Shown: positions 16,569 through 27,609, counted from the first letter of the stretch. The stretch is DNA of 64,000 nt from an uncultured Nitrospiraceae bacterium (GCA_947085205.1 CAMTVO010000014.1:1-64000), one strand, 5' to 3'. Notes: generated by a model from the sequence alone, not told the origin. Made by a program: numbers and translations.

Positions 16569-17805
16569 TATTTCCCCATATCTTCAGGTATTCCGTAGCA
16601 GGCGCATAGCAGCCGTAACACTGCTCGGCTTTTCATCCGGACTGCCGTTGGCTTTGACCAGCGGCACACTGCAGGCATGGATGGCGGTAGACGGAGTGGA
16701 TATTAGAACCATTGGCATCTTTGCCCTCGTGGGGCTTCCATATACCGTAAAATTCCTCTGGTCTCCTATCATGGACAGGTTTGTCCCTCCGCTCTTGGGA
16801 AGACGCAGGGGATGGATAGTTATTACACAGATTGCATTACTGCTCGGCATTGCTGCTATGGCATTCGGTTCTCCCAAACACGCCCCCTTGCTTATGGCTG
16901 CCTTTGCATTGACAATAGCCTTTTCCTCTGCGTCTCAGGATATAGTTGTTGATGCATACCGAACCGATGTACTTAGGGAAAAAGAACGGGGCGCTGGCGC
17001 TGCAGTGTTCGTCATGGGCTACCGCATCGCAATGCTTGTATCAGGAGCGCTGGCGCTTATTTTTGCAGATAATATCGGCTGGCAAAATACTTATATTCTA
17101 ATGGCAGGATTAATGACAGTGGGAATACTCTCGACTTTTTTAGGGCCGGAACCTCAACAGAAAATCATTCCGCCTAAAAGCCTTCAGGAAGCAATATTGG
17201 GGCCTTTAAAAGATTACTTTTCAAGGCGTGCTGCCGTAATGCTATTGCTTTTAATAATCCTCTATAAACTCGGAGATGCATATGCAGGGACACTGACCAC
17301 TGCATTTCTCATTAAAGGTATAGGCTTCTCGCCGACCGATGTCGGCGCAATAAACAAGGGACTCGGCCTCGTCTCACTCATTGTCGGAGCAATATTCGGC
17401 GGGACATTAATGGTAAGGCTCGGCCTTTTCCGCTCTCTTTTATTTTTTGGAGTATTACAGGCAGTATCCAACCTCTCATTTATGGTTCTGGCGTGGCTCG
17501 GCAAAAGCTACGGAATGTTGATTTTTGCCGTGGCCTTTGAAAATCTGAGCGGAGGAATGGGCACAGCAGCATTTGTGTCACTGCTTATGACAATGTGCAA
17601 CCAGAGGTATAGCGCAACGCAATACGCACTTTTGTCATCCCTTGCTGCCCTCGGAAGAATTTTTATCGCCCCCACATCAGGTTTTATTGTGCAATCGCTG
17701 GGGTGGGCTCAATTCTTTTTCATTACCGCCCTTGCCGCCCTGCCTGGATTATGGCTCTTGTGGCGGCTGAGAAATGAGATATCCAACTTGAGGCATGAAC
17801 AATAA
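16558..17805 (+). CDS. ampG: Muropeptide MFS permease
   Basis: LLGFSSGLPLAL, KFLWSP, SASQDIVVDAYR, SATQYALLSSL. Confidence 0.93.
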   Translation: MKLNISPYLQVFRSRRIAAVTLLGFSSGLPLALTSGTLQAWMAVDGVDIRTIGIFALVGLPYTVKFLWSPIMDRFVPPLLGRRRGWIVITQIALLLGIAAMAFGSPKHAPLLMAAFALTIAFSSASQDIVVDAYRTDVLREKERGAGAAVFVMGYRIAMLVSGALALIFADNIGWQNTYILMAGLMTVGILSTFLGPEPQQKIIPPKSLQEAILGPLKDYFSRRAAVMLLLLIILYKLGDAYAGTLTTAFLIKGIGFSPTDVGAINKGLGLVSLIVGAIFGGTLMVRLGLFRSLLFFGVLQAVSNLSFMVLAWLGKSYGMLIFAVAFENLSGGMGTAAFVSLLMTMCNQRYSATQYALLSSLAALGRIFIAPTSGFIVQSLGWAQFFFITALAALPGLWLLWRLRNEISNLRHEQ

Positions 17806-17807
17806 AA

Positions 17808-18707
17808 ATGAAAATCATAGACATTCATACCCACGGAATAGGCGGATACGACACAAGAACAACTGTCGAAGATCATATCTTAAAAATAGCCGAAATACAC
17901 GGCTCGTACGGCGTCTCGGAAATCATTCCCACAATTTATCCAGCCACAATAAAGGTGATGAGGGAACATATGGAAGTAGTCAGGAAAGCGATGGAAAAAC
18001 AAAAAAACATTTCAAATCCCCCCTTATCCCCCTTTTCTAAACTCCTAACTCCTAACTCTCAACTCTCAACTATAATTGGTGTCCATCTTGAAGGGCCTTT
18101 CTTGAACCCGTCCAAATGCGGCGCATTAAATGCAATAACATTCATAGAGCCTACAGAATACAATTTCAAAGAACTCATAGAAGGTTTTGAGGATGTAATC
18201 AAGATAATCACCATTGCACCTGAAATAAACGGAGCGACAAAACTTATAAAAAATACAACTGATATGGGAATCATCGCAAGCATGGGACATTCCGATGCAA
18301 CATATTCTGAGGCTGAAGCAGGCTTTCATGCAGGCGCAAAAGGTATCACTCACATATTCAACGCCACGAGGGGCTTTCATCACAGAGAGCCCGGAATTGC
18401 CGGTTTCGGGCTTTTAAATAAGGACATTTATATCGAAGTCATTGCAGACCCTTATCATCTGCACCAAAAGACCATTGAACTGATATTTAAAACAAAGAAT
18501 CCTGACAGAATAATTATTGTCTCTGATTCGGTAAAAGAGGCAACACCATTCACCAAAAGTCAGGGAGTTATGGACACGCATGGCAAACTCTTAGGTGGCT
18601 GTATAACTATTGCAGAATCCTCTCAGAGGCTCATTGAAATGGGCTTTGACGAGGATGTTATAATAAAATGTATAACAGAAAATCCTGAAAGGTATCTAAA
18701 TCAGTAA
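17808..18707 (+). CDS. nagA: N-acetylglucosamine-6-phosphate deacetylase
   Basis: IDIHTHG, HLEGPF, MGHSDA, THIFNA. Confidence 0.88.
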   Translation: MKIIDIHTHGIGGYDTRTTVEDHILKIAEIHGSYGVSEIIPTIYPATIKVMREHMEVVRKAMEKQKNISNPPLSPFSKLLTPNSQLSTIIGVHLEGPFLNPSKCGALNAITFIEPTEYNFKELIEGFEDVIKIITIAPEINGATKLIKNTTDMGIIASMGHSDATYSEAEAGFHAGAKGITHIFNATRGFHHREPGIAGFGLLNKDIYIEVIADPYHLHQKTIELIFKTKNPDRIIIVSDSVKEATPFTKSQGVMDTHGKLLGGCITIAESSQRLIEMGFDEDVIIKCITENPERYLNQ

Positions 18708-18830
18708 TGTGTAATGTGTAATGTGTAATGTGTGTAATGAGTGATGAGTAAAGAGTTAAAAATAAAAAATTTACTGCCCGCAAGAAAAGAAATTCTGTTA
18801 CTGCTTACTGCTTACTGCCTACTGCTCACT
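18704..18830. repeat. Heptamer arrays at the nagA/M48 junction
   Basis: (GTAATGT)x4 and (TTACTGC)x4. Confidence 0.85.
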
Positions 18831-20237
18831 TTTTTTGGCTGTGCCATCAACCCTGTAACAGGACAGAGGGAGCTGATGTTCATATCCGAAAATCAGGAAA
18901 TAGAGTTTGGTAAAAAGCTTTATCCAAATACCTTATGGGGTGACCTCGGCGGCGGAGGAGAATATAAAGACGAAAAACTAAAGACCTATTTAAAAGATAT
19001 TGTCGTCAGAATTCACGGCGTTTCTCACAGACCGGGTCTGCCTGTTCAATTCGCAATCCAGAACAGTTCCGTTCCCAATGCATGGGCTATACCGGGATAT
19101 GTGGTAATGACAAGAGGATTACTTGCAGCGCTTGATAGCGAGGCAGAATTCACATTCGTCATGGGGCATGAAATGGGACATGTATCTGCAAGGCATTCAG
19201 CAAGGCAGATAACCCGCGGGATGCTGCATCAAATAGGGCTTGGCGCTGCAGGCATTGCGCTGGAAGACAGGGAAGCCTCTGACATTGCATTAAGACTCGG
19301 CGCAGTGGGCAGCAGCCTCTTGCTCCTGAAATACAGCAGGGACGATGAACTCCAAGCCGACAGGCTCGGTATCCAATACATGACGAATCTCGGATATAAC
19401 CCGGAAAATGCTGTCAGCGCTCATAAAAATTTAGAGAGAGCATCCCATGAATATCTGAAATCTTTGGGCAAAAATGCAGAGGAACGTAGTTTCTTTGAAG
19501 ACCTGCTCTCGACACACCCGAGGACAGCGGCGAGGATTGAAGAGATCCAGAGCATTATAAATGAGATGAGACCGTTTAAAGTTACAGAAGATGGGACAAA
19601 CAGAGAGCGTTTTAAGAATATGATTGCAGAACTGAAAAACACCAACAGAATTTATACAGGATATTATGACAATGCTGTGAGGGCATTCGGAAAGAATAAC
19701 ATGGATGAGGCAGACCATCTCACATCAAAGGCAATAAAGGCAGATGAAGGCCAGCCTCCATTCCATACGCTTAAAGGTTTCATAATGCTGAGGAAAAAAG
19801 ACTATAATGAAGCGGAAAAGTATTTTAATGTTGCCCTAAGCATCGATAAAGATTACGAGCCGGCTCTAAGGGGTATGGGCACAATCAGATATTTCAGGGG
19901 TGATTATTCAGAAGGCATAAGTTATCTGAAAAGAAGCATATCTCTTTTTCCGCAGGACATATCAGCCCACTACTTTTTAGGCATGAGTTATTACAAAATG
20001 AGAATGTACAAAACAGCAATACCGCATTTGAGGCTATTTGCTGATGCACAGCCAAGACATCCCGAAATACACGGCATATTGGGCATATGCTATGAGAATA
20101 TAAATGACCTTTATTCAGCCTACAATGAATATATTGCCCAACTTAAAGTCGCCCCGAACACTGAGATGGGAAGACACGCAGCATCAAGGGTAGCTGCTTT
20201 GAGACTCATCATCGAAGGTTCAAAGATAAGACGATAA
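18741..20237 (+). CDS. M48 metallopeptidase lipoprotein with TPR domain
   Basis: FFGC lipobox-like, NPVTG, PNAWAIPG, HEMGH, YSRDDELQAD, STHP, C-terminal TPRs. Confidence 0.88.
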   Translation: MMSKELKIKNLLPARKEILLLLTAYCLLLTFFGCAINPVTGQRELMFISENQEIEFGKKLYPNTLWGDLGGGGEYKDEKLKTYLKDIVVRIHGVSHRPGLPVQFAIQNSSVPNAWAIPGYVVMTRGLLAALDSEAEFTFVMGHEMGHVSARHSARQITRGMLHQIGLGAAGIALEDREASDIALRLGAVGSSLLLLKYSRDDELQADRLGIQYMTNLGYNPENAVSAHKNLERASHEYLKSLGKNAEERSFFEDLLSTHPRTAARIEEIQSIINEMRPFKVTEDGTNRERFKNMIAELKNTNRIYTGYYDNAVRAFGKNNMDEADHLTSKAIKADEGQPPFHTLKGFIMLRKKDYNEAEKYFNVALSIDKDYEPALRGMGTIRYFRGDYSEGISYLKRSISLFPQDISAHYFLGMSYYKMRMYKTAIPHLRLFADAQPRHPEIHGILGICYENINDLYSAYNEYIAQLKVAPNTEMGRHAASRVAALRLIIEGSKIRR

Positions 20238-20238
20238 A

Positions 20239-22083
20239 TTAAAGTCCGGCAATGAGTTTATGGAGCATTGGATATTTTTCTTTTAACAGTATGCTGTTTT
20301 CTTTCAGCAGCCTTAATCCCTCCGGAATGTGTTTTAAAAAATATTTTTTGCCCTTTACCAGCGAAAGAAAACCATAAGCGCCAAGCGCCTGCATGTGCCT
20401 CTGGATCCGGCATAGAAGAAGCGATTCGATGAGGTCTTTTTCATTAAGCATATTCTCAATTTGATTGACATAATATTCCAGCAGCCTTTCCCTCATATCG
20501 CCAGAAAGCCTGAAATAAGGGTCCCAGAGCATCGATGCAATATCATATGCAGGCGGCCCTATTCTTGCGCCCTGATAATCTATAACTCTCGGCACATCGC
20601 CTTTAGCAATCATAATATTCTGCGACTGGAAATCACGATGGATTATAGTCTTTTGATAGGAGTCAGCCTTTAACGCCAGCCTGTGAAATTCTTCGTCCAG
20701 CTCAGGCATATCTTCAATCGTAATTCTTTTTATCGGTTTTATAAACCTCTCGATAAAATAATCCGACTCCCATCTGAAATGCTCATAATCAAAGATTCTT
20801 TCCTGAAGGCAGCGGCATTCAGAAACATTTTGGGTTGCAGCGGTATGAATAAGCACTGCAATATCTATGACTTTCCTGTATATTTTTTCTATCTGTCCCG
20901 AATCCCGTAGCCATTTAAGCCAACTGTAAAGTGACACATCACCGAGGTCTTCAAACAGTGCAGTCATATCGTCAATATTTACATCTATCAATTCGGGAAC
21001 AGGTATATCATGTCTTCTGAAAAACCTCGTGTATTCTATATGTCTTTTAAAGTCAGGGTCATCTTTGCCGTATTTAACAAATACATGAGTTGAATCCCCT
21101 TTTCGTACTCTGTAATATTTCCTGTCAGATCCGCCTGTACCGATAAGGATTAATCTGTTATTATCGGCTGTTCCGAGCATTTCTGATTCGCTTAACCGTA
21201 TCTCAAAATCAGGCCCGATTATACAATTCTCATAATCCTTTTTATCAGTCCTGCTTCCTTGAAGGACAATGCAATTTCTGAGTGATGACCCCTCGCTAAA
21301 AACACACCCTGCTTCTATTGATATATATCCATCCAATTCAATATTTGCACATTCTTTTGCTGAAGGATGAATATAGACTGTTTCACCTCCAGCCCTCAAT
21401 GCATCAATAACGGCAGAGGCATAGGCAGCAGGGCTTCCAATGTCTGTCCAGCAGCATCCGGTCACATCCATCGTGCCTATTTTATAACCGGCATCTATGG
21501 CCTTAATCCATGCATCCACAACACTTGATATGCCTGAAGGAAGGAATCTCAGAAACTCAGGCTCATAAACAGCAATGCCGGTGAATGCCTTTACATTTTG
21601 ATTTTTCGATAAACTATCTATTCCTTTGAAACAGCCTGTTTCATCAATCACGACATTGTTGAAACAGGGGTAATCATGCACAGCAAGTGTGGCCATATTT
21701 CTTGACGAATAATGAAAATCAAGAAGCGCTTTTAGATCAATGTCAGAAATTATGTCAGAATTGTGCACGAGAAGAGTTCCATCACAGAGCAATCCCTCTG
21801 CATTCTTTAATGCGCCGCCTGTTCCCAAGATTGGGTCTTCGTGAAAAAATTTTAGTTTGTCTTTAAATGGAGAACCGTTTATGTAATCTTTTATCCGCTC
21901 CCCCTTATAGTGAAGGTTGATTGCAATGCTGTCTGGACAAAGAGCGATGACCTTTTCCAGAACAAGTCCTAAAACAGATTTTCCAAGAATATGCAATAAA
22001 GGTTTCGGTATGCGGTATGTGATCGGTCTAAGCCTTTCACCAAGCCCGGCAGCGGGGATAAAAACATTGAGCCTCTTATTCAT
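20239..22083 (-). CDS. Nucleotidyltransferase (MurU-like) fused to sugar kinase (AmgK-like)
   Basis: AAGLGERLRP..PKPL at the N-terminus; GSDRKYYR, HRDFQSQNI, IDYQGA, YDIAS in the C-terminal half. Confidence 0.85.
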   Translation of the reverse strand: MNKRLNVFIPAAGLGERLRPITYRIPKPLLHILGKSVLGLVLEKVIALCPDSIAINLHYKGERIKDYINGSPFKDKLKFFHEDPILGTGGALKNAEGLLCDGTLLVHNSDIISDIDLKALLDFHYSSRNMATLAVHDYPCFNNVVIDETGCFKGIDSLSKNQNVKAFTGIAVYEPEFLRFLPSGISSVVDAWIKAIDAGYKIGTMDVTGCCWTDIGSPAAYASAVIDALRAGGETVYIHPSAKECANIELDGYISIEAGCVFSEGSSLRNCIVLQGSRTDKKDYENCIIGPDFEIRLSESEMLGTADNNRLILIGTGGSDRKYYRVRKGDSTHVFVKYGKDDPDFKRHIEYTRFFRRHDIPVPELIDVNIDDMTALFEDLGDVSLYSWLKWLRDSGQIEKIYRKVIDIAVLIHTAATQNVSECRCLQERIFDYEHFRWESDYFIERFIKPIKRITIEDMPELDEEFHRLALKADSYQKTIIHRDFQSQNIMIAKGDVPRVIDYQGARIGPPAYDIASMLWDPYFRLSGDMRERLLEYYVNQIENMLNEKDLIESLLLCRIQRHMQALGAYGFLSLVKGKKYFLKHIPEGLRLLKENSILLKEKYPMLHKLIAGL

Positions 22084-23251
22084 AAAGCAGATAGTGCTTC
22101 CTTACATTCTTTGCAAATAAAGAACATTCGGCGCTCCACCACTCTTCCATTTCATCAATGCCTTTACCGTCTTATATATCATTCCTGGGCCTGCTGCCTC
22201 CTGCAAGAATATCTATTGGCATCTTTATTGTCTCATACTCGTATGGAGGCTCTTTCCATTTGAAGTCATCTGGATAAAGGTCATACACTGCCTTGATTAT
22301 GGCAACGCCTGTCTTAAAAGATTTGAATTTCTTTCTGTCTGTTACATGGATTTGCGCGCCGCCGCATAGCTTTCCTGCATATTTCTGAAATGTGGGCTGA
22401 AAATACATAGGCCTGAAAACTACTCCCGGCAGATTGAATTCTTTAAGTCTATCGACCAGCGCATCGGAATCAATAAACGGCGCTCCGAATATTTCGAACG
22501 GTTTCGTTGTGCCGCGTCCCTCGCTGAGCATTGTCCCTTCTAAAAGACACATTCCGGGATACACAATGGCAGCATCAATCGTAGGCATATTGGGAGAAGG
22601 CAATACCCAAGGAAGTTTCGTGTCGTCAAAAAACATATCCCTTTTCCAACCTCTCATTGCAATGACATGAAAATCAAGAAATGAATAGAATTCATTCCTC
22701 AGATAATTCCCTATCTCTCCGATTGTCATGCCATGCCTTACAGGGAGAGGTCTCAGCCCGACAAAGGACGAATAGTCAGTATCAAGCACAGGGCCCTCGG
22801 TGATATATCCTCCGATTGGATTCGGCCTGTCGAGAATTATGATAGATTTGGATATCTCAAGACATGCCTGCATGCAGAGTTCCATCGTCCATATGAAGGT
22901 GTAATAGCGCGAGCCTACATCCTGCATATCTATTACCATGACATCAATGTTTTTCAACATTTGAGACTCTGGTTTTCTCGTATGTCCGTAAAGGCTGTAA
23001 ACGGGAAGCCCTGTTTTTTTGTCTTTGAACCCATCCCATTCAATCATGTTGTCCTGAGTCTCGCCTCTGATTCCGTGCTGCGGGCCGAATAAAGACTTCA
23101 ATCGGAACTTTTTCGACTTCAAAGCAACATCGATTGAGTGTTTAAGACTTCTGTTTACGGACGCAGGATGCACCACAAGCCCAATGCTTGCGCCGCTAAG
23201 GTTTTTAGGCCAATGTTTCTCTATGATGTCTAATCCTGTCAATATACGCAT
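22076..23251 (-). pseudogene. namZ: Exo-beta-N-acetylmuramidase (DUF1343) with an in-frame TAA at 22172-22174
   Basis: LFGPQHG, DMQDVGSRYYT, LDRPNP, PSPNMP, SEGRGTT; the frame continues 31 codons past the stop to YLLYE-stop. Confidence 0.7.
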
Positions 23252-23321
23252 GGCATTAGAGCTATTAAATTCTTCTTCGGCATCGATATTCCTTCCTTTT
23301 CCCTTGCTCTAAAATTCATCC

Positions 23322-25280
23322 TTACCCCTCAAACATCACTTTTCCCATATCCCTCGTATCATATCCTCCGAGGGATTCGACGGTAGCTCTGAATTCCTTG
23401 TTATTCCTTATGACGTCCAGTAATATCCTTATCATCTGCATATCCATAAACTCTGCCGGAATTCCGATATCATAGCGCTCGCTGGCAACAGTGATAAAGT
23501 CGAGGCCGAGGGCCTTTGCAGAGGAATAGACTGCAAGTCCTGTATCCGCAAGACCGGTGAGCACGGCTGATGCGACAGCCATATGTGTATATTCTTCCCT
23601 ATCATATCCCTTGACCATATAGGGATTAATTCCAAGCTCCCTGAGATGTTTATCAAGAAGCAGTCTCGTTCCCGAGCCTGACTGCCTGTTAATAAAAATC
23701 ACATCATCCCTTATGAGGTCTTCAAAACCGTTGATATTCTTTGGATTGCCTTTTTTTACAAGAAGCCCCTGCTGGCGATAAACAAGATTAACAAGAATAA
23801 TCTTTCTGTCGGACAGCAATCTCTTGATAAACGGTATATTGTATTCCCCTGTCTGTTCATCCAACAGATGTGTTCCTGCAATATGCGCCTCTTTTCTCTT
23901 CAATGCCGTCAATCCGCCCATTGAGCCGACATGGGCTGATGACAGAGAAAATTCAGGATGGTTCTTCTTTATGGTATTTGCAAGGATGTCCAGTGTATTG
24001 TCATGGCTTCCTATGCATACGATAGTATTTTTAATCTCATTCTTATTCCTCATCAGTTCTACTTCAACTTCAGTCCCTGCCTGTAAGCCTTCCGAGTTCA
24101 CGGGAATTTTCAAAATACCGTCTGCCCTCACGAGGGACATAAGCAATCCCGCTCCCCTGCCGACAGGAGTAGCAATATATTTATCATCGACAACTCCAAC
24201 CTTTACCCTGATAAATTCATCCACACCCAATAGAGATGCAATCTGTCTTGAGATTTTAGCCTTTATCTTTTCATTTTCTTCCACAGCAACCCCCAATAGC
24301 CTTGCAATAACAGGCTTCACGAATAACTGGAATGTGAGATATGCTGAAACAGGATAGCCCGGAATGCCGAATACAGGCTTGTTATTAACAAAGCCTGCAA
24401 TTAAGGGTTTGCCGGGTTTTATCGAAACACCGTTTATAATCACTTCTCCTAATTCCTTTATGGCTGTCAATGTATAGTCCTTTGAGCCTCTTCCTGCGCC
24501 TGCATTAATAAGAACAATATCTGATACCTTTGATGCCGCGCTTATAGCCTTTTTAATTTCATCTAAATCATCTTTGACAATATTAAATCTTACAGCCTCT
24601 GCGCCGTATTCATTTGCAAGACCTGAAAACATCGATGAGTTGTACTCTATTATCTCAGGAGGCTCAGGCGGCCTGTTTATTACAACATCAGGTTCGATAA
24701 TCTCAGTGCCTGTCGGGATTACTGCAATCTTCGGCCTTTTCCTTGCAGATACTTCAATATGGCCGCTTGCGAGCATTGCTCCCATGTCTATTGGTCTTAT
24801 TTTGTGGTTTTCGGAAATAATAAGCTCAGTTGCAACGATGTCCTCTCCGATTGTCCTTACATGCTGATACGGCGTAACAGGCTCATAAATCTCTATGCAT
24901 TCCTCCTCTTGCCTCTCGCCTCTCGCCTCTCGCTTGATTATATTCACATCTTCAATCATGATAACTGCATTGAAACCTTGAGGCATGGGGTCGCCTGTAT
25001 CCACATACACAGTGTCGTATCCGATTTTCAGCATGTATGGAGATGTTTCTGATGCTGTGAATGTATCTGCAAATCTCACTGCATATCCGTCCATTGCAGC
25101 GGAGTGATAAAACGGCGATGAATACCTTGCAAATACAGGCTCTGCAGTTATACGGCCAAGGGATTCGGTAACATTTATAATCTCAGAAGGAAGGCGGTGC
25201 AGGCCTCTCTCATCAAAGTGATGAAAAAGGACTTTAATTGCTTCTTCGAGTGAAAGGCTGTCAAGGAATACAGATTTCAT
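23322..25280 (-). CDS. MoeA-like protein with C-terminal periplasmic-binding-protein-type domain
   Basis: SAAMDGYA, KPGKP, GIPGYP, then GSHD, GSMGGL, NRQSGSGTR. Confidence 0.9.
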   Translation of the reverse strand: MKSVFLDSLSLEEAIKVLFHHFDERGLHRLPSEIINVTESLGRITAEPVFARYSSPFYHSAAMDGYAVRFADTFTASETSPYMLKIGYDTVYVDTGDPMPQGFNAVIMIEDVNIIKREARGERQEEECIEIYEPVTPYQHVRTIGEDIVATELIISENHKIRPIDMGAMLASGHIEVSARKRPKIAVIPTGTEIIEPDVVINRPPEPPEIIEYNSSMFSGLANEYGAEAVRFNIVKDDLDEIKKAISAASKVSDIVLINAGAGRGSKDYTLTAIKELGEVIINGVSIKPGKPLIAGFVNNKPVFGIPGYPVSAYLTFQLFVKPVIARLLGVAVEENEKIKAKISRQIASLLGVDEFIRVKVGVVDDKYIATPVGRGAGLLMSLVRADGILKIPVNSEGLQAGTEVEVELMRNKNEIKNTIVCIGSHDNTLDILANTIKKNHPEFSLSSAHVGSMGGLTALKRKEAHIAGTHLLDEQTGEYNIPFIKRLLSDRKIILVNLVYRQQGLLVKKGNPKNINGFEDLIRDDVIFINRQSGSGTRLLLDKHLRELGINPYMVKGYDREEYTHMAVASAVLTGLADTGLAVYSSAKALGLDFITVASERYDIGIPAEFMDMQMIRILLDVIRNNKEFRATVESLGGYDTRDMGKVMFEG

Positions 25281-25292
25281 CTGGAGGTGAAA

Positions 25293-25673
25293 TTATTTTG
25301 CCGATGCTTCTTTATTCGGAAAGTCTATTACCTTTGTTTCGTCCTTTTGTATAAATGAGCGGCCTTCAAAAATACCGCCCTCGGCAACAGATAGTTTGCT
25401 TGTATGAATGTCGCCGAAGAGCTTGCCTGTATGCTTAATCTCCACAAGCTCTTCCGCACTGATACTGCCGTCCACCCTGCCGCCTATTACAACACACCTG
25501 GCCTTTATGTCGCCTGCAACAGATGCATCATCTCCGAGAATAACCGAATCAGCAATGATATTCCCAGTTATTTTACCGTCTATACGCATAGTTCCTTGAG
25601 CAGCAATATCCCCTTTGAACTCGGAGTTTGAACCGATCAGCGCCTCCAGCTTATTGTTTTTCTTTAGGAACAT
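25293..25673 (-). CDS. Bactofilin (polymer-forming cytoskeletal protein)
   Basis: IG....FKGDI....MRIDG.ITGNI beta-helix pattern. Confidence 0.9.
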   Translation of the reverse strand: MFLKKNNKLEALIGSNSEFKGDIAAQGTMRIDGKITGNIIADSVILGDDASVAGDIKARCVVIGGRVDGSISAEELVEIKHTGKLFGDIHTSKLSVAEGGIFEGRSFIQKDETKVIDFPNKEASAK

Positions 25674-26520
25674 TTTTAGCCTCCTTGATAAAAGACATCG
25701 GATTTACAGCCTTGCCGTTATGCCATACCTCATAATGCAGATGAGGGCCTGTAGTGTTTCCGGTAGAGCCTATATGTGCAATAATATCGCCCCTCTTTAC
25801 CTTCTGCCCTACCTTTACAGCGTTTGAACTGTTGTGAGCATAAAATGAGGAGTAGCCAAATCCATGCTCTATGACTACAAGATTGCCGTTTCCAGCGCTC
25901 CAGCCGGAAAAGCTGACTATTCCGTCAGCAGTTGCCTTAACAGGTGCCCCCATGCTGGCAGAGATATCCAGTCCTGAGTGAAACTCCTGTTTTCCATGTA
26001 TCGGGTTTTCTCTACCGCCAAACTCGGATGTTATTCTTCCGACAATAGGCCAGCCCTTTGGGGTTGCCATATAGATGTCCTTTTGGTTCCTCAAGAATTC
26101 CTTGATGTCCGTAACCTTTTCCACGGTATTCTTTATCTGGTCTTTTAATATATCCATATCGAGAGAGCCTGCATCGTGTGTATTGATTTTTGTGTCAACA
26201 TTTTCGAGTATCTTTTCCTTACTTTTGAAAGATAAAATCCTTTTAAACTCAGCCTCTGCTTTTTCAAGCGTTGATATTGTGGACTTCAGCTCTACGAATT
26301 GTGACGTGTAAAAGTTCAATTTGCTCTTCATATCGTAGTATTCGACCGTATCTATCGCTATGGAAACGACATAAACGGAACCTACAAGCCATAGTAAAAC
26401 CGAAGAAAATACGCCTATAGATGGAAGTTTTATATTGATTGTGCGCTTGCTGTCATGCGGTATCATCATGATAGTGACCGGGGTAAAAAGCCTTTTTAAA
26501 AATCGTTTAATTTTATACAT
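25651..26520 (-). CDS. M23 peptidase with TM segment and coiled coil
   Basis: HSGLD, YAHN, STGNTTGPHLHYEV. Confidence 0.9.
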   Translation of the reverse strand: MYKIKRFLKRLFTPVTIMMIPHDSKRTINIKLPSIGVFSSVLLWLVGSVYVVSIAIDTVEYYDMKSKLNFYTSQFVELKSTISTLEKAEAEFKRILSFKSKEKILENVDTKINTHDAGSLDMDILKDQIKNTVEKVTDIKEFLRNQKDIYMATPKGWPIVGRITSEFGGRENPIHGKQEFHSGLDISASMGAPVKATADGIVSFSGWSAGNGNLVVIEHGFGYSSFYAHNSSNAVKVGQKVKRGDIIAHIGSTGNTTGPHLHYEVWHNGKAVNPMSFIKEAKNVPKEKQ

Positions 26521-27544
26521 AACGTATCTTACCTCCTCCTTTCTCTATAATTCCGATTGGATAGGCATCGAAGCCAGTATCCTTGAGATACAAAATGGCT
26601 AAATCCAAATCCGATTTGTCCAAAATTATAACATATCCTATTCCCATATTAAAGGTTTTTTTCATATCGTCAGCGGGGACATTGCCTAATTTCTTAATAA
26701 GTTCAAAAACATGCGGCACAGCCCATGTTTTTTCATCAATTACTGCCATGATCCCTTCTCTAATTATTCTCGGCACATTACCAATTATTCCCCCGCCTGT
26801 TATATGTGCCATCCCATGAATATCCACTCTGCCTTTCAATGCATTAAATGCCTTTACATAAATCCTTGTGGGCATGAGCAGTCCTTCTCCGACGGTTGTA
26901 TTTAGTTCAGGAATGTAGGTATCAACACTGAATTTTGCTACATCGAAAAAGACCTTTCTCGCCAGGGAATAGCCATTGCTGTGAAGGCCGCTGGACGCTA
27001 TGCCTATGATTACATCCCCTTCCTTTATCTTTGAGCCGTCGATAATTTTATCTTTATCTACAACCCCAACAGCAAAGCCTGCAAGGTCGTATTCGTCTTC
27101 TCCATAAAATCCCGGCATTTCTGCTGTCTCTCCGCCTATAAGGGCGCATCCGGATTCTTTGCATCCATCTGCGATTCCCTTAACAACATCCTTTGCCTTT
27201 TCTGACTTGAGTTTTCCAGTGGCAAAATAGTCGAGAAAGAATAAAGGCTCTGCTCCGAGGGTGAGTATATCATTAACGCACATAGCAACGAGGTCGATGC
27301 CGACAGTATCGTGTTTGTCCATCATAAATGCTATCTTTAATTTTGTTCCCACGCCGTCAGCGCCGCTTACAAGTACAGGCTCTTTGTATTTGAACATATC
27401 GAGTTTAAATAATGCGCCGAATGAGCCGATGTCGGTCATTACCTCCGGCCTGAATGTCTTCTTAACCATAGGGGAGATAAGGCTCACAAACCTGTCGCCC
27501 TCGTCTATATCAACCCCTGCTTTTTTATATGTAAGTTCTTCCAT
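26513..27544 (-). CDS. purM: Phosphoribosylformylglycinamidine cyclo-ligase
   Basis: YKKAGVDI, DGVGTKL, GGETAEMPG, SSGLHSNGYSL. Confidence 0.96.
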   Translation of the reverse strand: MEELTYKKAGVDIDEGDRFVSLISPMVKKTFRPEVMTDIGSFGALFKLDMFKYKEPVLVSGADGVGTKLKIAFMMDKHDTVGIDLVAMCVNDILTLGAEPLFFLDYFATGKLKSEKAKDVVKGIADGCKESGCALIGGETAEMPGFYGEDEYDLAGFAVGVVDKDKIIDGSKIKEGDVIIGIASSGLHSNGYSLARKVFFDVAKFSVDTYIPELNTTVGEGLLMPTRIYVKAFNALKGRVDIHGMAHITGGGIIGNVPRIIREGIMAVIDEKTWAVPHVFELIKKLGNVPADDMKKTFNMGIGYVIILDKSDLDLAILYLKDTGFDAYPIGIIEKGGGKIRYV

Positions 27545-27557
27545 AAATTAGCTTTTG

Positions 27558-27609
27558 GCTCATAGCTGATAGCTCATAGCAAAAAACTATGAACTATGAG
27601 CTATGAACT
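27558..27609. repeat. Inverted heptamer arrays at the nadC/purM junction
   Basis: (GCTCATA)n and (CTATGAA/G)n. Confidence 0.8.

Noticed and set aside
22172..22174. Selenocysteine or pyrrolysine recoding in namZ
   Set aside because: The codon is TAA, not TGA or TAG, and TAA serves as a normal stop elsewhere in the window.
25293..26520. M23 peptidase-bactofilin pair as a novel system
   Set aside because: This is a known, widespread cell-shape gene pairing.
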